Of a DNA stretch of 64,000 nucleotides, positions 51,596-64,000 are shown piece after piece. The notes below the pieces were generated by a model. That model did no database searches and was not told the origin of the DNA. It saw only the letters and a list, made by a program, of their open reading frames with translations. Where the stretch lies: positions 162,688,001 through 162,752,000 of the forward strand of contig OZ024743.1 of NCBI GenBank assembly GCA_964016885.1, given 5' to 3'. Made by a program: the position numbers and the translations under genes. Numbering within the stretch: the first letter of the stretch is position 1; every line of letters starts with the position of its first letter. Origin of the DNA: Eledone cirrhosa. Taxonomy: Eukaryota.

Positions 51596-52070
51596 TGAAT
51601 TGCCTTGTATTTATTCTGGCTCTTTGTGTTCTGACTACAAATCCCATGGATCAATTTTGCCTTTTATCCTTCTGGGATCAATAAAGTTCCAGTCTTGGGT
51701 GGAGGACTAGCAGAATTGTTAGTGTTGGATGGAATGCTTTGCAGTATTTGTTCAGATTCTTTAATATCATTATATGGGCCTTCGATTCCTATAGCAAAGT
51801 CCTTTTTGTCACAAGCATTTGAGACATTTCTCCAGTTTAAAGATACCTAACTTCCTCCTAATTAAACTATAAAAAAAAACAAATATACTTACTATGTTAA
51901 ACTTCCCCATTGAAAGCAACTTTTATGATATCCTATAATTTGCTGGAATTCCTGTTAATATTTCGGCATGTCTACAAATTTTCATTTTCTTTATTTCCTA
52001 GTCTATACTCCTAAATGCTTTTGCTGTAGTTAAATAAACCCCATTTTTTTTTTCTTTTGTCTTCATTCAG

Positions 52071-52148
52071 GTTTCAAAAGTGTTAAAAATACGATCAGTT
52101 GTGACCCATTGTTTTAGAGAACATTACTTTGCTGAAGGTTATTTTGAG
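52071..52148 (+). CDS. NARS1: AsnRS coding exon 11
   Basis: cag|VSKVLKIRSVVTHCFREHYFAEGYFE|gtgagt, the class II motif 1 region. Confidence 0.95.
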
Positions 52149-52601
52149 GTGAGTTGAAAATGTTGATATATTTCCTGTTACTCAGCCAATGGCAATTTTT
52201 AAAAAATTAAGATCAATGCCTAAAGGATTATTGGTTACTTAACAAAATGCCATTCTTTTATCCATTTACTGCTTTCCATCTTCATTGAACTGCAACAGTC
52301 CAGGGGAACCACCATGTTTTTTTTTGTTTGTTGGCTAATTTAAGCATTTCATTTGTGTTTCTAATTTGTATTCATAAAGAACAGATAATTTCACTTAATA
52401 GGGTAGTAAAACACCTTCTTCAGAGAAATAATTATGATACCGATCTACAAACAATATACTATAGCTTTAGTTAAGCTCGTAGGACCCCTTCGGTCAGGCA
52501 AGATTAGAAAATGGAATAGACAGGTGCTAACAAATACTTCCCCAGAGAAGAAAACACTCCCTAACATAAGTGAAGTATCAATGATGTCAGAATAAGAACT
52601 A

Positions 52602-54798
52602 CCGTATATACTCATGTATAGGTCGCATACCCACTTTTCATTTAACAAATAGGCTATTTGCCATTGACTCGCAGATAGGTCGCTCTGAAATTTGGGCCGT
52701 CAAACTACTATTTTTTATGATAATTGAAACTAATAATCTGTTAGCTTTCCATTACTTTGCCGTTGCGATATATACTCCAAACCATGTTTTATTTATAAAA
52801 TAAACATTAACGTCATCGAAATCTCGTCAATTCGAGATTACTGCGAGATAAAACCTTTAAGCGCGAAAATTAACTCTTAATATAGTGAAACAACGTGAAA
52901 TAACACGTGTTTTTTAGCGTATCAACATGGCTTCCCAAAGTAGCGAATACTGACTTTGAAGGTTTTACATGCGACGACATTCGAAATGAAAAAGAAACAC
53001 AAGATAATATTAGTGATTTATCTTCAAATGAATCAGATGTATTTATTTCTGATGATGATAGTTACTTTGAAAGTGAAAGCGAAGATCTGACGGACACCAT
53101 TGAAAATATTACAGCAACGTGGTTGAAAGATACAACACCAATACATGTTCACACCTGTTAATGAACTTATATATTGGGAACACTCTGTTACGTAAATTTA
53201 CACCGTACATTATGTAAGAATACATTGCAAATATTATTTTGACTGGTGAAAAGGTTTTATACATATTTTTCAATGAAAATATTCGCCTGGAATGTAGAGA
53301 AAGGCTAAAACCTTGTACTGATTATATCTGACTTGCTAATTTTTGTACTGATTATTTCTCACTTGCTAATTTTGAAAAGAAACGCCACGTGCAATAATCT
53401 GTTTCCTGTTAAAGTAAATACGTCACAATACGTGTTCATAGCAATGCTAAGACAATGAAATCACATTTTAAATACCGGGTATGCATTTCTATGGATTTTA
53501 ATAATATAATATAATATAATGAAATAATGAAATTATTGTGTAAAGGGCTCAGGTGCACTACAACTCAAAGTTGCATGTATAGTACATAGAATAATAAACA
53601 AATGTCAGGGAAGTGAATAGTGTATGAGTCATGATATACATGTGTGTATGTGTATGGAGGGGGAACATTAGGTGTAGTGTTGGCGAATCTCGGGAAGCAT
53701 GGAGGCCTTAAAGGATGCAGTGTCTCGACAGCTAACAACCGGTGCAGGTAGTTTGTTCCATGCTTCATCAACGCTGAGCGTGGAAAAATGTTTCCGAAAG
53801 TCATGGGAACTGTACTGTTTTCTGACTTTGTGGGCATGCCCATGTGTGTTAGACACATGGAAATCAAAAAGGCACTCAGGGTTGTTGTTGGAAAGATGGT
53901 TAACAATTTTGTGGGTGTTTACCAAGTCAGTTGCCAGGCATCGGAGTTTCAATGTATCCATGCCCAGGGAAGCAAGGCGCTCAGAGTATGGTAGATGCCT
54001 GATGGAGGGTATTCGCTTGGTTGCATGCCTCTGAACAGTTTCCAGGTGGTCAATGTTCTGAGCAAGATAGGAGTTTCAGACTGGTGATGCAATTTCTAAG
54101 TGTGGCCGCACCATATCCATGTACAGCCTTAAATAGATAGCTGGAGAGCGGCTGACAAAGGTCTTGCTGAGTGATGCTAAGACACCCTCGGCCCTCTTGA
54201 CAATTTTAGAGACGTGCTTCGTCCAATGCAAATCGCTGCTGACCGTAATGCCCAGGTCACGTTCACAAGAAGACTTCTTGATATTAGTGCTGTGGAGGGA
54301 GTATGTGGACACTGGGTTTTTACTCTCAAAATGCATGGTGGTGCACTTGTCCACAGCTAGCTTGAGTTGCCAGTCTGAGATCCATTGTTGCATTGTGTCC
54401 AGGTCAGACTGCAAGCAAGATCTATAGTGTTCAGGATCTGTCCTTTTTATCTCAAGGTACAGCTTGATGTCATCTGCGTACTTTAGTACTGTGGAATTCT
54501 TTAAGTTGGCATATATGTCATATATAATGACGGATGGTTCGGTCAGATAGAAAAAAAAACATAAACACTACGAAGTTTTAGTAAAAAATTTAAATCAAGA
54601 AGTATAAGAAGGTAGATATATGAAATTATTATGTTAAATAATAAAAAATATTAACAAAGTTATTTTTATAAATACCCATCGTTGATTAAGTCTATGAAAA
54701 ATCATTGGTCAGTCTGATGTCGATCGGATAGGTCGCACCCCAAAAGTTTATACTTATTTATCGTTAAAAAAGTGCGACCTATACCAGAGTATATACGG
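52602..54798. mobile_element. Tc1/mariner-superfamily (pogo/Tigger-like) non-autonomous element with TA duplication
   Basis: TA|CCGTATATACTCATGTATAGGTCGCA ... TGCGACCTATACCAGAGTATATACGG|TA. Confidence 0.8.
53505..54520 (-). mobile_element. CR1-like LINE 3' fragment nested in the DNA element
   Basis: KYADDIKL, ERDLGITVSSDL, VRPHLE and WNKLP motifs with an (ATT)-type tail. Confidence 0.85.
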
Positions 54799-55271
54799 TA
54801 GATAAATTCAGAAATGCAGGAAAACCATAAGTTCAGAAAAGCTCTACATAACATGTACATTGAGAAGAAGGACATGGACACTTATAACGTGGAGGACAAT
54901 TACAACTTTCTACGAGATAACCTACTAAGGGCATCATGTTTATATTGAGCATATAAATCTCTGAATTCAGCAACATTGTTTTACAGCCTCCATTGTTTTA
55001 AATTTAACCTTTTCATTACCAAATTTGTTATGAAATATACTGTCAAAATTGTGAAAATAATAAATAAATTTAAAGAGATATAGTAAAATAACTAACTTTT
55101 TCATTAGTAAGCTGGTGTTTGGAATATAACAAAAATTCTTATTTAAAATTATGTTGGAAGGTTTAGCCACTTTAGAATGGGCAGCTTTGTATGATAGAAT
55201 AAGGATGAGTTTCATGTAGATTGGTATCAAAAGGTTTAAACTTATTGATTGTATATTGTTTTGTTTTGTAG

Positions 55272-55349
55272 ATAACTCCACCAGCTTTTGTCCAAACTCA
55301 AGTAGAAGGTGGTGCTACATTATTTAACCTCAACTATTTTGGAGAACAA
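55272..55349 (+). CDS. NARS1: AsnRS coding exon 12
   Basis: tag|[26 protein letters not shown]|gtaaga. Confidence 0.95.
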
Positions 55350-55492
55350 GTAAGAATTGATTGTTTTACTGGTAACCACTAAAATCTTTGTCATGTATGA
55401 TTGTTTTATATTTTAGTCAAATATTTTTTTTATTGCTGAACTTTATTGTCAGTTTTGCTATAAACAATACTGAGCTCCGTGTTAAAAGAATA

Positions 55493-57785
55493 TCATCATC
55501 CAGCAGCCTTAGCCAAAATAGACTCAACAATTGATCTCCACGTGGGTCTGTCATTCATTGCCGTTGCCAAGTCCTGGATTTCTATACCAGAATCTCTGGA
55601 GATGACATCAAGCTTGCGCTCCCTGTTATTAGTGACTGTTTGTGGTTTCCAAAGCACTAATGGGGACACAGTCCCATAGGTGGCACAATGGCAGTGGCCA
55701 GCAAATCTTACTCTTCTTTTACATACCATGACAGATATGCATGGGAGGTCGGCATATATTTCTTTCAAAGTCAGATGTCACCAGCTTATGTTGTGAATGT
55801 GTCGAAGCAGGCTAGTGTAGATGCCATCAAGGCGCTTTTGTTGTTTGGATGAAAGCGTCCATGTTTCACTTCCATATATTAAGATTGGTTGAATTGTTAC
55901 TTGGAAGAGTCTGATTTTGGTGTGGTTGGAAAGATTTGAGTGCCAAACTCGATCCATCTTGTTGCAAGCTGAACATGCTTGAGCCTTTCTGGTGGCAAAA
56001 TCCTTCCCAAGATACTTCAAATCCTCCACAAGATACTTCAAATCCTCGACTTGCTTGATATCACTGACGTTGATTGCTTTGATGTTGTTGCCTGTTCAGT
56101 TTGATATGTACTCTCTTTTACCCTCGTTGAGATGAAGGCCAACAAGGGTGGCTGCTTCCTGGAGAGATATCAAAAGTTGTTGCGCATTTTCTAGGCAATC
56201 TGCAAGAAGTGCAATGTCATCCACAAAGTCAAGGTCAGTGAGATGTTTAGAGGGGTGCCTAGAGTTCATGCGTGGTTTGATGGTGAGACCTATGTTATTG
56301 ATTTTGTCAATTGAGAGTCTCAGGGCGTAGTCTAGTGCAATAATAAAGAGGAATGGGGCAAGAGTGTCACCCTGCAGCACTCCTGCTGAGATGTCAAACT
56401 CTGTTGGGCCATCAGGGGTAATGATAGTGGCACTTGTGTTCAGATACAGAGCCTTGATAGCTTCCACAAGTCTTGCTGGGATGCCATACAAGGGTAGAAT
56501 TTCAAACAGAATGTCTCTGTTTATGCTATCAAAAGCTTTTCTAAAGTCAACAAAAACGAGTCATTTGTCTGTTGAAGTTTCTCATCTCTTCCACTACTCT
56601 TCTCAAGATCAAAATCTGTGCAAGTGTAGATCTACCACGCCTAAAACCGTTTTGGTTGATGGGAAGGATTGGATCAACATATGGAACTATACGGTTGAGG
56701 ATTAGCTTGTAGATTTTGGCATCAGTGGGCATAAGTGATATTCCCCAGTAGTTTTGTGGGGATGAGAGTTCACCTTTTGAGGGGACGGGAACTGTGCCTG
56801 CTTTTAGCCAACTTGTTGAAGGAGTTTTGTTGCTAAAGGTGTCATTGCAGATTGAAAGCAGGACTGAAGTAAGGTCTGGGTCTTTCCAAGTTATACTGGA
56901 TATGTTGTCGGGACCAGGGGATTTTTTGTTTTCAAGTGTTTTGATCACCTAGTTGAAATTTTGATCACCAAGGTGAAAAATCCAGTGGAGATGTCGAGTT
57001 CAGATGATACCACAGACTTTGCGAGATTGCCTTCTACTGGGGATGGTTCACCCAGTAGACCCTTGAAGTGGTCAGTCCAGCTTTTTTTCCTAGCTTGAGA
57101 GCCTCCTTTGATGATGGGTGAAGGCTTCTTTTTTCTGCCAGTTATTTCGTTGACTAGAGCCCATGTGGCTGCGTACTATTTGTTTATATGATGGGTCTTA
57201 AGTTTGTTTATTTTTCCTTCTACATACTCTGCAAGAGCAGTTGTGTATGCTTCATTGTGTATGCATTGGGTCATTTCTCTTTTCAGTAAATTTGTTGGAT
57301 TTGAGTTGTACTGAGAAGAAAGACTGAAATTTTTTCATGCTGAGGAAACTAAAATATGTCAGCTCAATTTCGTGAGCTTCCTTTTAGTCTTTTTGGGCAA
57401 GCTGGAAAGAGCAACTTCCTCGTTTGAAACAATTAAGCTGGAAAATTTAGTCTCAATGGACTCATCAGTACAGGATAGTTCAGAGAACATATTGTAGACA
57501 CTAATTGCATACTGGCTGGAGAGCTCCTTATTTGATGACACTAACCTCCAGTCAATTTATTTCAGAGGCTCAGCGGGGACTTTCTTAGGAGCACAAAGGC
57601 TAAGAGTAACTTTGGAAGAGACAATCCTATGATCAGATCCCATGTTGGAGAAGGAGGAATAGGTTTCAGTCGCATAACTGTTTCACCATTTTTTCCGAAA
57701 TAGGATATAATCCAATTGAGCTCTACTACCGTTAGGGTAGTTGAACGACCAGAACTTGGGATTGTTTTTTCATGAAGCTGTATGT
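55493..57785 (-). mobile_element. Decayed LINE (RTE/RTEX-related), 5'-truncated within APE
   Basis: AQLDYIL and GSDHRIV APE motifs, QNGFRRGRST, GVLQGDTLAPFLF, DFVDDIALL, YGSETW, (TGA)n end. Confidence 0.85.
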
Positions 57786-59262
57786 AGACGAGAAGAGTTC
57801 AAATTCATCAAGGAGAAAAAAATAGACTATAGAAGAATGTAGCTGTAGAGCTAAATAAATATCAATATCTATTTTGGAAGTGCATTTAATAGTTGATATG
57901 GAAATTAGTCTCTTTAAGAATTTCTTATACAAAAATAATTCGGGCAAATAGATTTAATCTTGTCCGAAAACCCAATATAGATTGCTACAGTATCTGGCCC
58001 AACCACAAAGTTTTTATAGGTAGCAGCCTTTCATTATGCACAGTAGTATACCCAATCAAATTACCTGTAGCATTTGGCTAGTACCTATTTTATCAATCAT
58101 GTTAGAATGGGGTTCCTCTGAAGGGACTTTGGAGTAATGTTACTCGATAGAGTATTTAACTCAGAGATGGGAGAATCACTCCAAATTGAGAAATCACAGC
58201 TCCAATACTATGGGTATGTGGTTGGAATGTCTCAGGAAGGAGACCCAGGGGTAGACCCCAAGCAAGATGGTTGGATAACATCCATGAGCTCGGCTGGTCT
58301 TGCTGGGGGATCCAGCCAGATCAGTTGGAAATGGTTGCTTCTGACAGGACTCTGCCTCCACAACCCTGTCAGGAATAAGTAGACACAGATGAGGTTTGAA
58401 TAATAGATCAAATCAATCTTGGGTTTTGGTTTTTTTTAATTCAAATGCATTCAATTCCTGATGAGCTAAATTAAGCAACCAGACTGACATTCTATGGAGT
58501 CTCAAACCATCATCACTACACCTTTATAATATGTCTACATTTCTGCATTTGCTCTTTGTTTAACACCCCTACCATCATTTCTTCCATTCAATATACCTAG
58601 CAAAATATCTTTATAATTTTCATTTCTGTAGCAAATTATTTGGACATCAAGTAGGTGGATCAGCTCCATTTAACTAATCATACTGTACGAGAAAAACAAA
58701 ACTGAAGTCAGTAACTCCAGAATTTATCTACATATAGGTACATATCAACAGAATGTTTTTGGATATTAGTGGCTATAATATTTAGTAATGCAAATATGTA
58801 TTGTATAGTCCCATAACTTCTGAGGAAGCAGCAGGGGCATCACATTGACAAATGGTGTTTCTAGGGCATTTTTAAGCCTGGTGGAGCCCATCTCTCTCCA
58901 TGTCTGAATTCGGATTTCTTCCAGAGAAGGATAGAAAGTGAGAAAGAGACAGAGGAAGAATCGACCTGAGTGGTAAACTGGTACTTTTTTTTATTGACCT
59001 TGAAAGGATGAAAGGCAAAATTAATCTCGGCGGGATTTGAACTCAAAGAACAATGAGCCAGAATGAATACTGCAATCATTCTATCTGATGTTCTAACGAC
59101 TCTGCCAATATGCTGCCTTAGTGCAAATATAAATACATTTAAATATTGACATCATGTGAATGTTAGTAGAACAAAATACATTGACACACTGTTGAAATAT
59201 GTAAGTATAATAGAAGTTAGTAGTGTAATGTATTTTGCACTGTTAATTATTTCATCTACATA

Positions 59263-60046
59263 CAGGGCTGGATTTAATGAGGTGCAAAGGGAGTAATAGC
59301 CCTCGTGGACTCCCGCAAAAGGGGAGGGGGCACTAGTAATGGCCGTAGCAATTAATTTGTGTCCTCTGCTGGGCTTTTTAGTTTTAACTCTTTGACAACG
59401 GGAACTATATTTTTCACAAAAAATATTTAATACAAAAGACATGCCCACCAGTATAAGCAGTGAGACACTAAAAGTAAGTGAGTAGAGAGATCGGAGGCTA
59501 CAATATTCGACAATCAAATGGAGACAATGTAGTGTTTAAGGGAACACTTTAGTCTGGCCAAGCATGTGACAACCTCTTTAGTACTTGTGTCATGATAAAA
59601 TGCACTCATTTCATCCAGTAAATTGTTAGTGTTGGTGCTTTGATAGAATATACTTAGTCAACTGTGTAAAGTGGATGTGCTTGTATCGTAAAAACAATAT
59701 ACCCAGTAAACACTCTAAAGTGTTTTTATGTTAGGAAGGGCATCCAGCCATAGAAACCATGCTGAATATGTAATGTATGAACTAGATGAGGTTCTCCGAT
59801 GTCTGGTCTTAGACTGTGACAACATATCCAACATATGCCAGAGTAGAAAGTAGACGTAAAATGAGGATGATTAGATTTTTTTAAAGTTAATACCTGCTGT
59901 TTGTATAACTTTTCAATTCCAATTACTTGCACCAGCTGACTTTGATATGTAAAATTGAGGTTTTGGTGTGTATTCTAATTTTTTGTGTATGAGGAGCCCC
60001 CAAACCTGAAGTACCCTGGGCCCTCCAAGGTCTAAATCTGGCCCTG
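59263..60046. mobile_element. hAT-type MITE
   Basis: TIR CAGGGCTGGATTTA / TAAATCTGGCCCTG with 8-bp TSD TCTACATA / TCTATATA. Confidence 0.7.
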
Positions 60047-60239
60047 TCTATATATGTGTTCAATGTTTGAGTGTATATTGATATAATAGTAGTTAGAAAT
60101 ATTAATAAATATATTGAAAATGTTCTTTTTGGTTAATATTGCATCAAATATTACTTTTGATAATGTATTAGAATTGGGGTGGTGGTAAAAAAACCTAAAT
60201 ATATCCCTACTTATTCAATTTATCTTTTTATTTCTTTAG

Positions 60240-60361
60240 GCATATTTAACTCAATCATCACAACTTTACTTGGAAACCTGCCTTCCTTCTCTTGGTGACA
60301 CATTTTGCATTGCTCCATCATTCCGTGCTGAATTGTCTCGTACAAGACGACATCTTTCTGA
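60240..60361 (+). CDS. NARS1: AsnRS coding exon 13 (class II motif 2)
   Basis: tag|[40 protein letters not shown]+GA|gtatgt. Confidence 0.97.
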
Positions 60362-61019
60362 GTATGTTGAAAAATTAGTTTTTATATTCTTAAAATCAAT
60401 TTTGAATATTTAAAATCCATACACAGCTAGTTTGTATATAGTAGGATCAAACTGTTTGATTGTTGTTTAGCTCCATGTCAACCTTGATTGAGTAGATCTA
60501 TGATCAAAGACATTCTAGTTGAGACCATCACATCTTTTTTCTAGACGTAAGTATTTATCCAGTTTAGAATAGGTACACTATATCCCTGCATGTTGTAAGA
60601 AGCGATTAAGAGAGTTGATGTCAGGAAGGGCATCCAGCTGGAAAACATTGCCTCTAAAAGTCCCACCCAACTCATGTCATCATGGAAAAATCGAGGTAAA
60701 AGCAATGATGGTAATAATGATGATGATGAAGTGTTTCTATATCATTATCCTGTGTGTCCTTTGCTTTATGAAAACCATAGGGTGGGATATGGCTGTTATT
60801 TCCAGCACGTTGAACAACTACATAGACTGCCATATTGGCTTGAAACTTGGTGATATACAAGAGATAATAGAGAGTATCTGAGGTTGAACAATCAAAATGT
60901 GAATTTCTAAAGAATCATAATTTGGTGTATTTTCTGTAGCACAATGGTCGGCTTTGTTCAGTCAACTGATATTTTCCTGTCTTACTTTCTCTGCTGTGAA
61001 TAGGTAGCTGTGTAATAAT

Positions 61020-61199
61020 TGTTTCTACTTTAGGCACAAGGCCAGCAATTACCCAGTTCATTACTGGTACTTTATTTTATCGACCCCGTAAGGATGAAAG
61101 GCAAAGTCAACCTCGGCGGGATTTGAACTCAGATCGTAAAGGGACGTAACTATGCTGGAAAGCATGGCGTCCGACTCTCTACCGATACTGCCAATCCAC
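61020..61199 (-). mobile_element. tRNA-derived SINE (Nin/Deu-like core)
   Basis: Near-identical to 23180-23363. Confidence 0.85.
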
Positions 61200-62500
61200 A
61201 TTGGCTGTAATGTTGTGATGGTGGCTATAATTGCACAGTAGAAAAGTGCAGTGATGAAAGCAACTGTATGATTATGGGGGTAACTGCAATGATTGAGTTA
61301 TGACAGGTGGTGGGGATTAGTTGTGTGGTATTGACTATAATTGCATAAAGGTACTGGTATCACACTATACCTTAAACAATACACTGGAAAAGATGCTATC
61401 TGCTTATACAATAAAAACAGCTTATTACAACAAAGAGAAGAACCTGCCTTGTAGAGGAGTACCAAACTATTGCACAAAAGAAATTGACTTATCATCATTT
61501 TATGTTCACTTTCTATGCTGATTTAAGTTGGATGGGTTCTCATGGTCCAAGTCAGTTTTTATTTGGAGTTGTTACTTCTAGATTAGTCAGAGGACCACAT
61601 CTCACTTGTACGTCTCCTTTTTGGCATGGTTTCTACAACCATGTATCTCCAGTTAAGAATAGGTGCACTGTATCCCTGCATGTTGTAAGAAGCGACTAAA
61701 AGGGTTGGTTTCAGAAAGGGTATCCTACTATAAAACTATGCCTCAAAAAGTCCCGTCTAACCCATGCCAGCATGGAAAAGTTGACATAAAAATGACAGTG
61801 ATAATGATAATACTCTTCTTAACATTGAGGCAAAATATATTTACCCATCTCAAGTCAAAGAAGCAATGTTAGCCATTGGGAAGGGCATACAGGTATTCAG
61901 AAAAAACAAAACAATATGAATTTTCAGATCTATTCAACCTATGCTAGCATTGAAAATTGGCAGTTTGAAAGAGAATATTAATAATTCATTTGATTATGGA
62001 TAATTTAGACACTATAATTTATATTATATCAGATATTTTCACTGAGTGATACAAGGTATGGTAATGTAATATTATAGTGTACTTAGTAACATTATAGGTG
62101 TTGAGTGATATGGAGCATGGTTATTAAATATTGGATGTAGTAGCTGGGTGGTACAAGATGGGGTATATAGCAAATATGAGAAAAAAAACCCTTGAAACTA
62201 GTTGATAATAAAATAAGTTTATGCGAGGTAAGATGTGAGATCTGATGATTCAGATAGGGTCCTTCTTTGAAGATTGTATATCAGCTAAATATGCACACCC
62301 TTTCTTGTAATTTAACACCCACACTCACTCAACTATCATACCATGACACCACCACTGACCCTACACCATTACTAAGACCACATGTAGTTTAAAGCCAAGC
62401 CTAACAGCTTTTTTCTCTACTTTTATTTCATTCTGTTGAATATTAAGAATAATTATTTTCATTTAACAATTATGGTTTCCCAATTTTTTTCTTCTCACAG

Positions 62501-62636
62501 ATATACTCATGTGGAAGCCGAGTGTCCTTTTATTACATATGAGGAACTTCTTGACCGTATTGAGCATCTAGTATGTGATGTTGTTGACCGATTGTTAAAA
62601 TCTCCATTTAAAGATCTTGTCTATGAACTGAATCCA
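62501..62636 (+). CDS. NARS1: AsnRS coding exon 14 (gene continues beyond window)
   Basis: cag|A+[45 protein letters not shown]|gtaagt. Confidence 0.97.
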
Positions 62637-62796
62637 GTAAGTATCTTTAGTTCTGACAATATTTTGAAAGGATTTTGTTCCAGCATATAGCTACTGGTGT
62701 CACATGGCACAGCAGTCACCATAGTTGGAGTTAAAGTTGGTCAGGTCATTCTGGTGATGTTCACACTAGCTGAAGTGACAATAACCAAGATCACCT

Positions 62797-63450
62797 TGAA
62801 ATTATTGTGTACAGTGCTCAGGTGCACTACAACTCATCAAAGGTGCATTCTATAGTACATAGAATAGTGTTCAAATGTCAAGAAAATGAGCAGTGTATGA
62901 GTCATGAAATACATGTGTGTGTGTGGGGGGGGGGGGTATCAGGTGTAGTGTTGGCGAATTTCAGGAAGCATGGAGGTTTTAAAGGATGCAGTGTCCTGGC
63001 AGCTAACAACTGATGCAGGTAGTTTGTTCCATGCTTCAGCAACTCTGAGCGTGAAAAAATGTTTCCGAAAGTCATGGGAGCTGTGCTGTTTTCTGACTTT
63101 GTGGACATGCCCACGTGTGTTAGACACAAGGAATTCAAAAAGGTGCTCAGGGTTGTTGTTGGCAAGATGGTTAATAATTTTGTGGGTGTTTACCAAGTCA
63201 GTTGCCAGACATCGGAGCTTCAATGTATCCATGCCCAGGGAAGCAAGGCGTTATGAGTATGGTAGATGCCTGATGGAGGCTATTCGCTTGGTTGCATGTC
63301 TCTGAACAGTTTCCAGGAGGTCAATGTTCTGGGCAAGATAGGGGGTTCCAGACTGGTGATGCAAATTCTAAGTGTGGCCGCCCCGTAACTATATACAGCT
63401 TTAAATAGATAACTGGAGAGCGGCTGACAAAGGTCTTGCTGAGTGATGCT
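62797..63450 (-). mobile_element. CR1-like LINE 3' fragment
   Basis: Near-identical to 53505-54180. Confidence 0.85.
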
Positions 63451-63604
63451 GATATATGTTTATCAATAAAAAAAAAATCAAAGTTAAAACCCTGCCATCT
63501 ATTCATTGTCGATGAGTTAGCTGGAGAATAGTTCTGACAATTGTAATTATCTGAATTTTGATGAGAGTATAGACATCCTTTGTTTTTCGGTAGACCTGGT
63601 TACT

Positions 63605-64000
63605 TCATCATCATCACCATTTTACGTCCGTTCTTCCACGCTAGCATGGGTTAGACGGGTTGTCCTGTTGTGGGCAGTGTCCAGTCGGCTGACCTTGTCT
63701 TGCTCATACGGGAACTGATTCTGGCTTGATTTCTACAGCTGGATGCCGTTCCTAACACCAACCTCATTTACAGTGAGTGCTGGGTGCTTTTTTTCCGTGG
63801 TGCCTACACGTCCACTTTACAGTGTGAGCTGGGTGCTTTTTTGCCATGGCATGATAGGGACTCCAATCCCTATCATCTCATTTCTACAGCTAAGTAAACT
63901 GGAGCAATGTGAAATAAAGTGTCTTGCTCAAGGAAACAACACATCACCCAGTCCGAGAATTGAACTCACAACCTTTCGATTGCAAGCCCAATGCTCTAAC
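63605..64000 (-). mobile_element. tRNA-derived SINE with RTE-type tail (runs off window)
   Basis: Matches the 15785-16045 and 27328-27665 copies. Confidence 0.8.

Overview
This window is eukaryotic, repeat-rich animal genomic DNA. The SINE/RTE repeat complement resembles octopod cephalopods, which is an inference. From 22.87 kb onward it holds 14 GT-AG coding exons (380 codons) of cytoplasmic asparaginyl-tRNA synthetase (NARS1), and the gene continues past the window end. Its introns and the upstream 22 kb are filled with decayed LINEs (RTE, CR1-like, L1/Tx1-like, CRE-like), tRNA-derived SINEs, non-autonomous Helitrons and MITEs (Harbinger-like, pogo/Tigger-like, hAT, piggyBac). The most striking signal is a set of fold-back (long inverted repeat) Penelope-like retroelement derivatives at 5.9-6.3, 8.8-11.8, 12.0-15.7 and 18.6-20.4 kb. 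They sit in or next to (TA)n microsatellites, and each carries type I hammerhead ribozyme motifs at its termini. Three more hammerheads lie within 300 bp in NARS1 intron 7. I folded 10 hammerhead motifs from about 6 sequence families by eye, several with non-canonical core positions. Exon and hammerhead coordinates were counted by hand, decayed-repeat boundaries are approximate, and no database searches were run.
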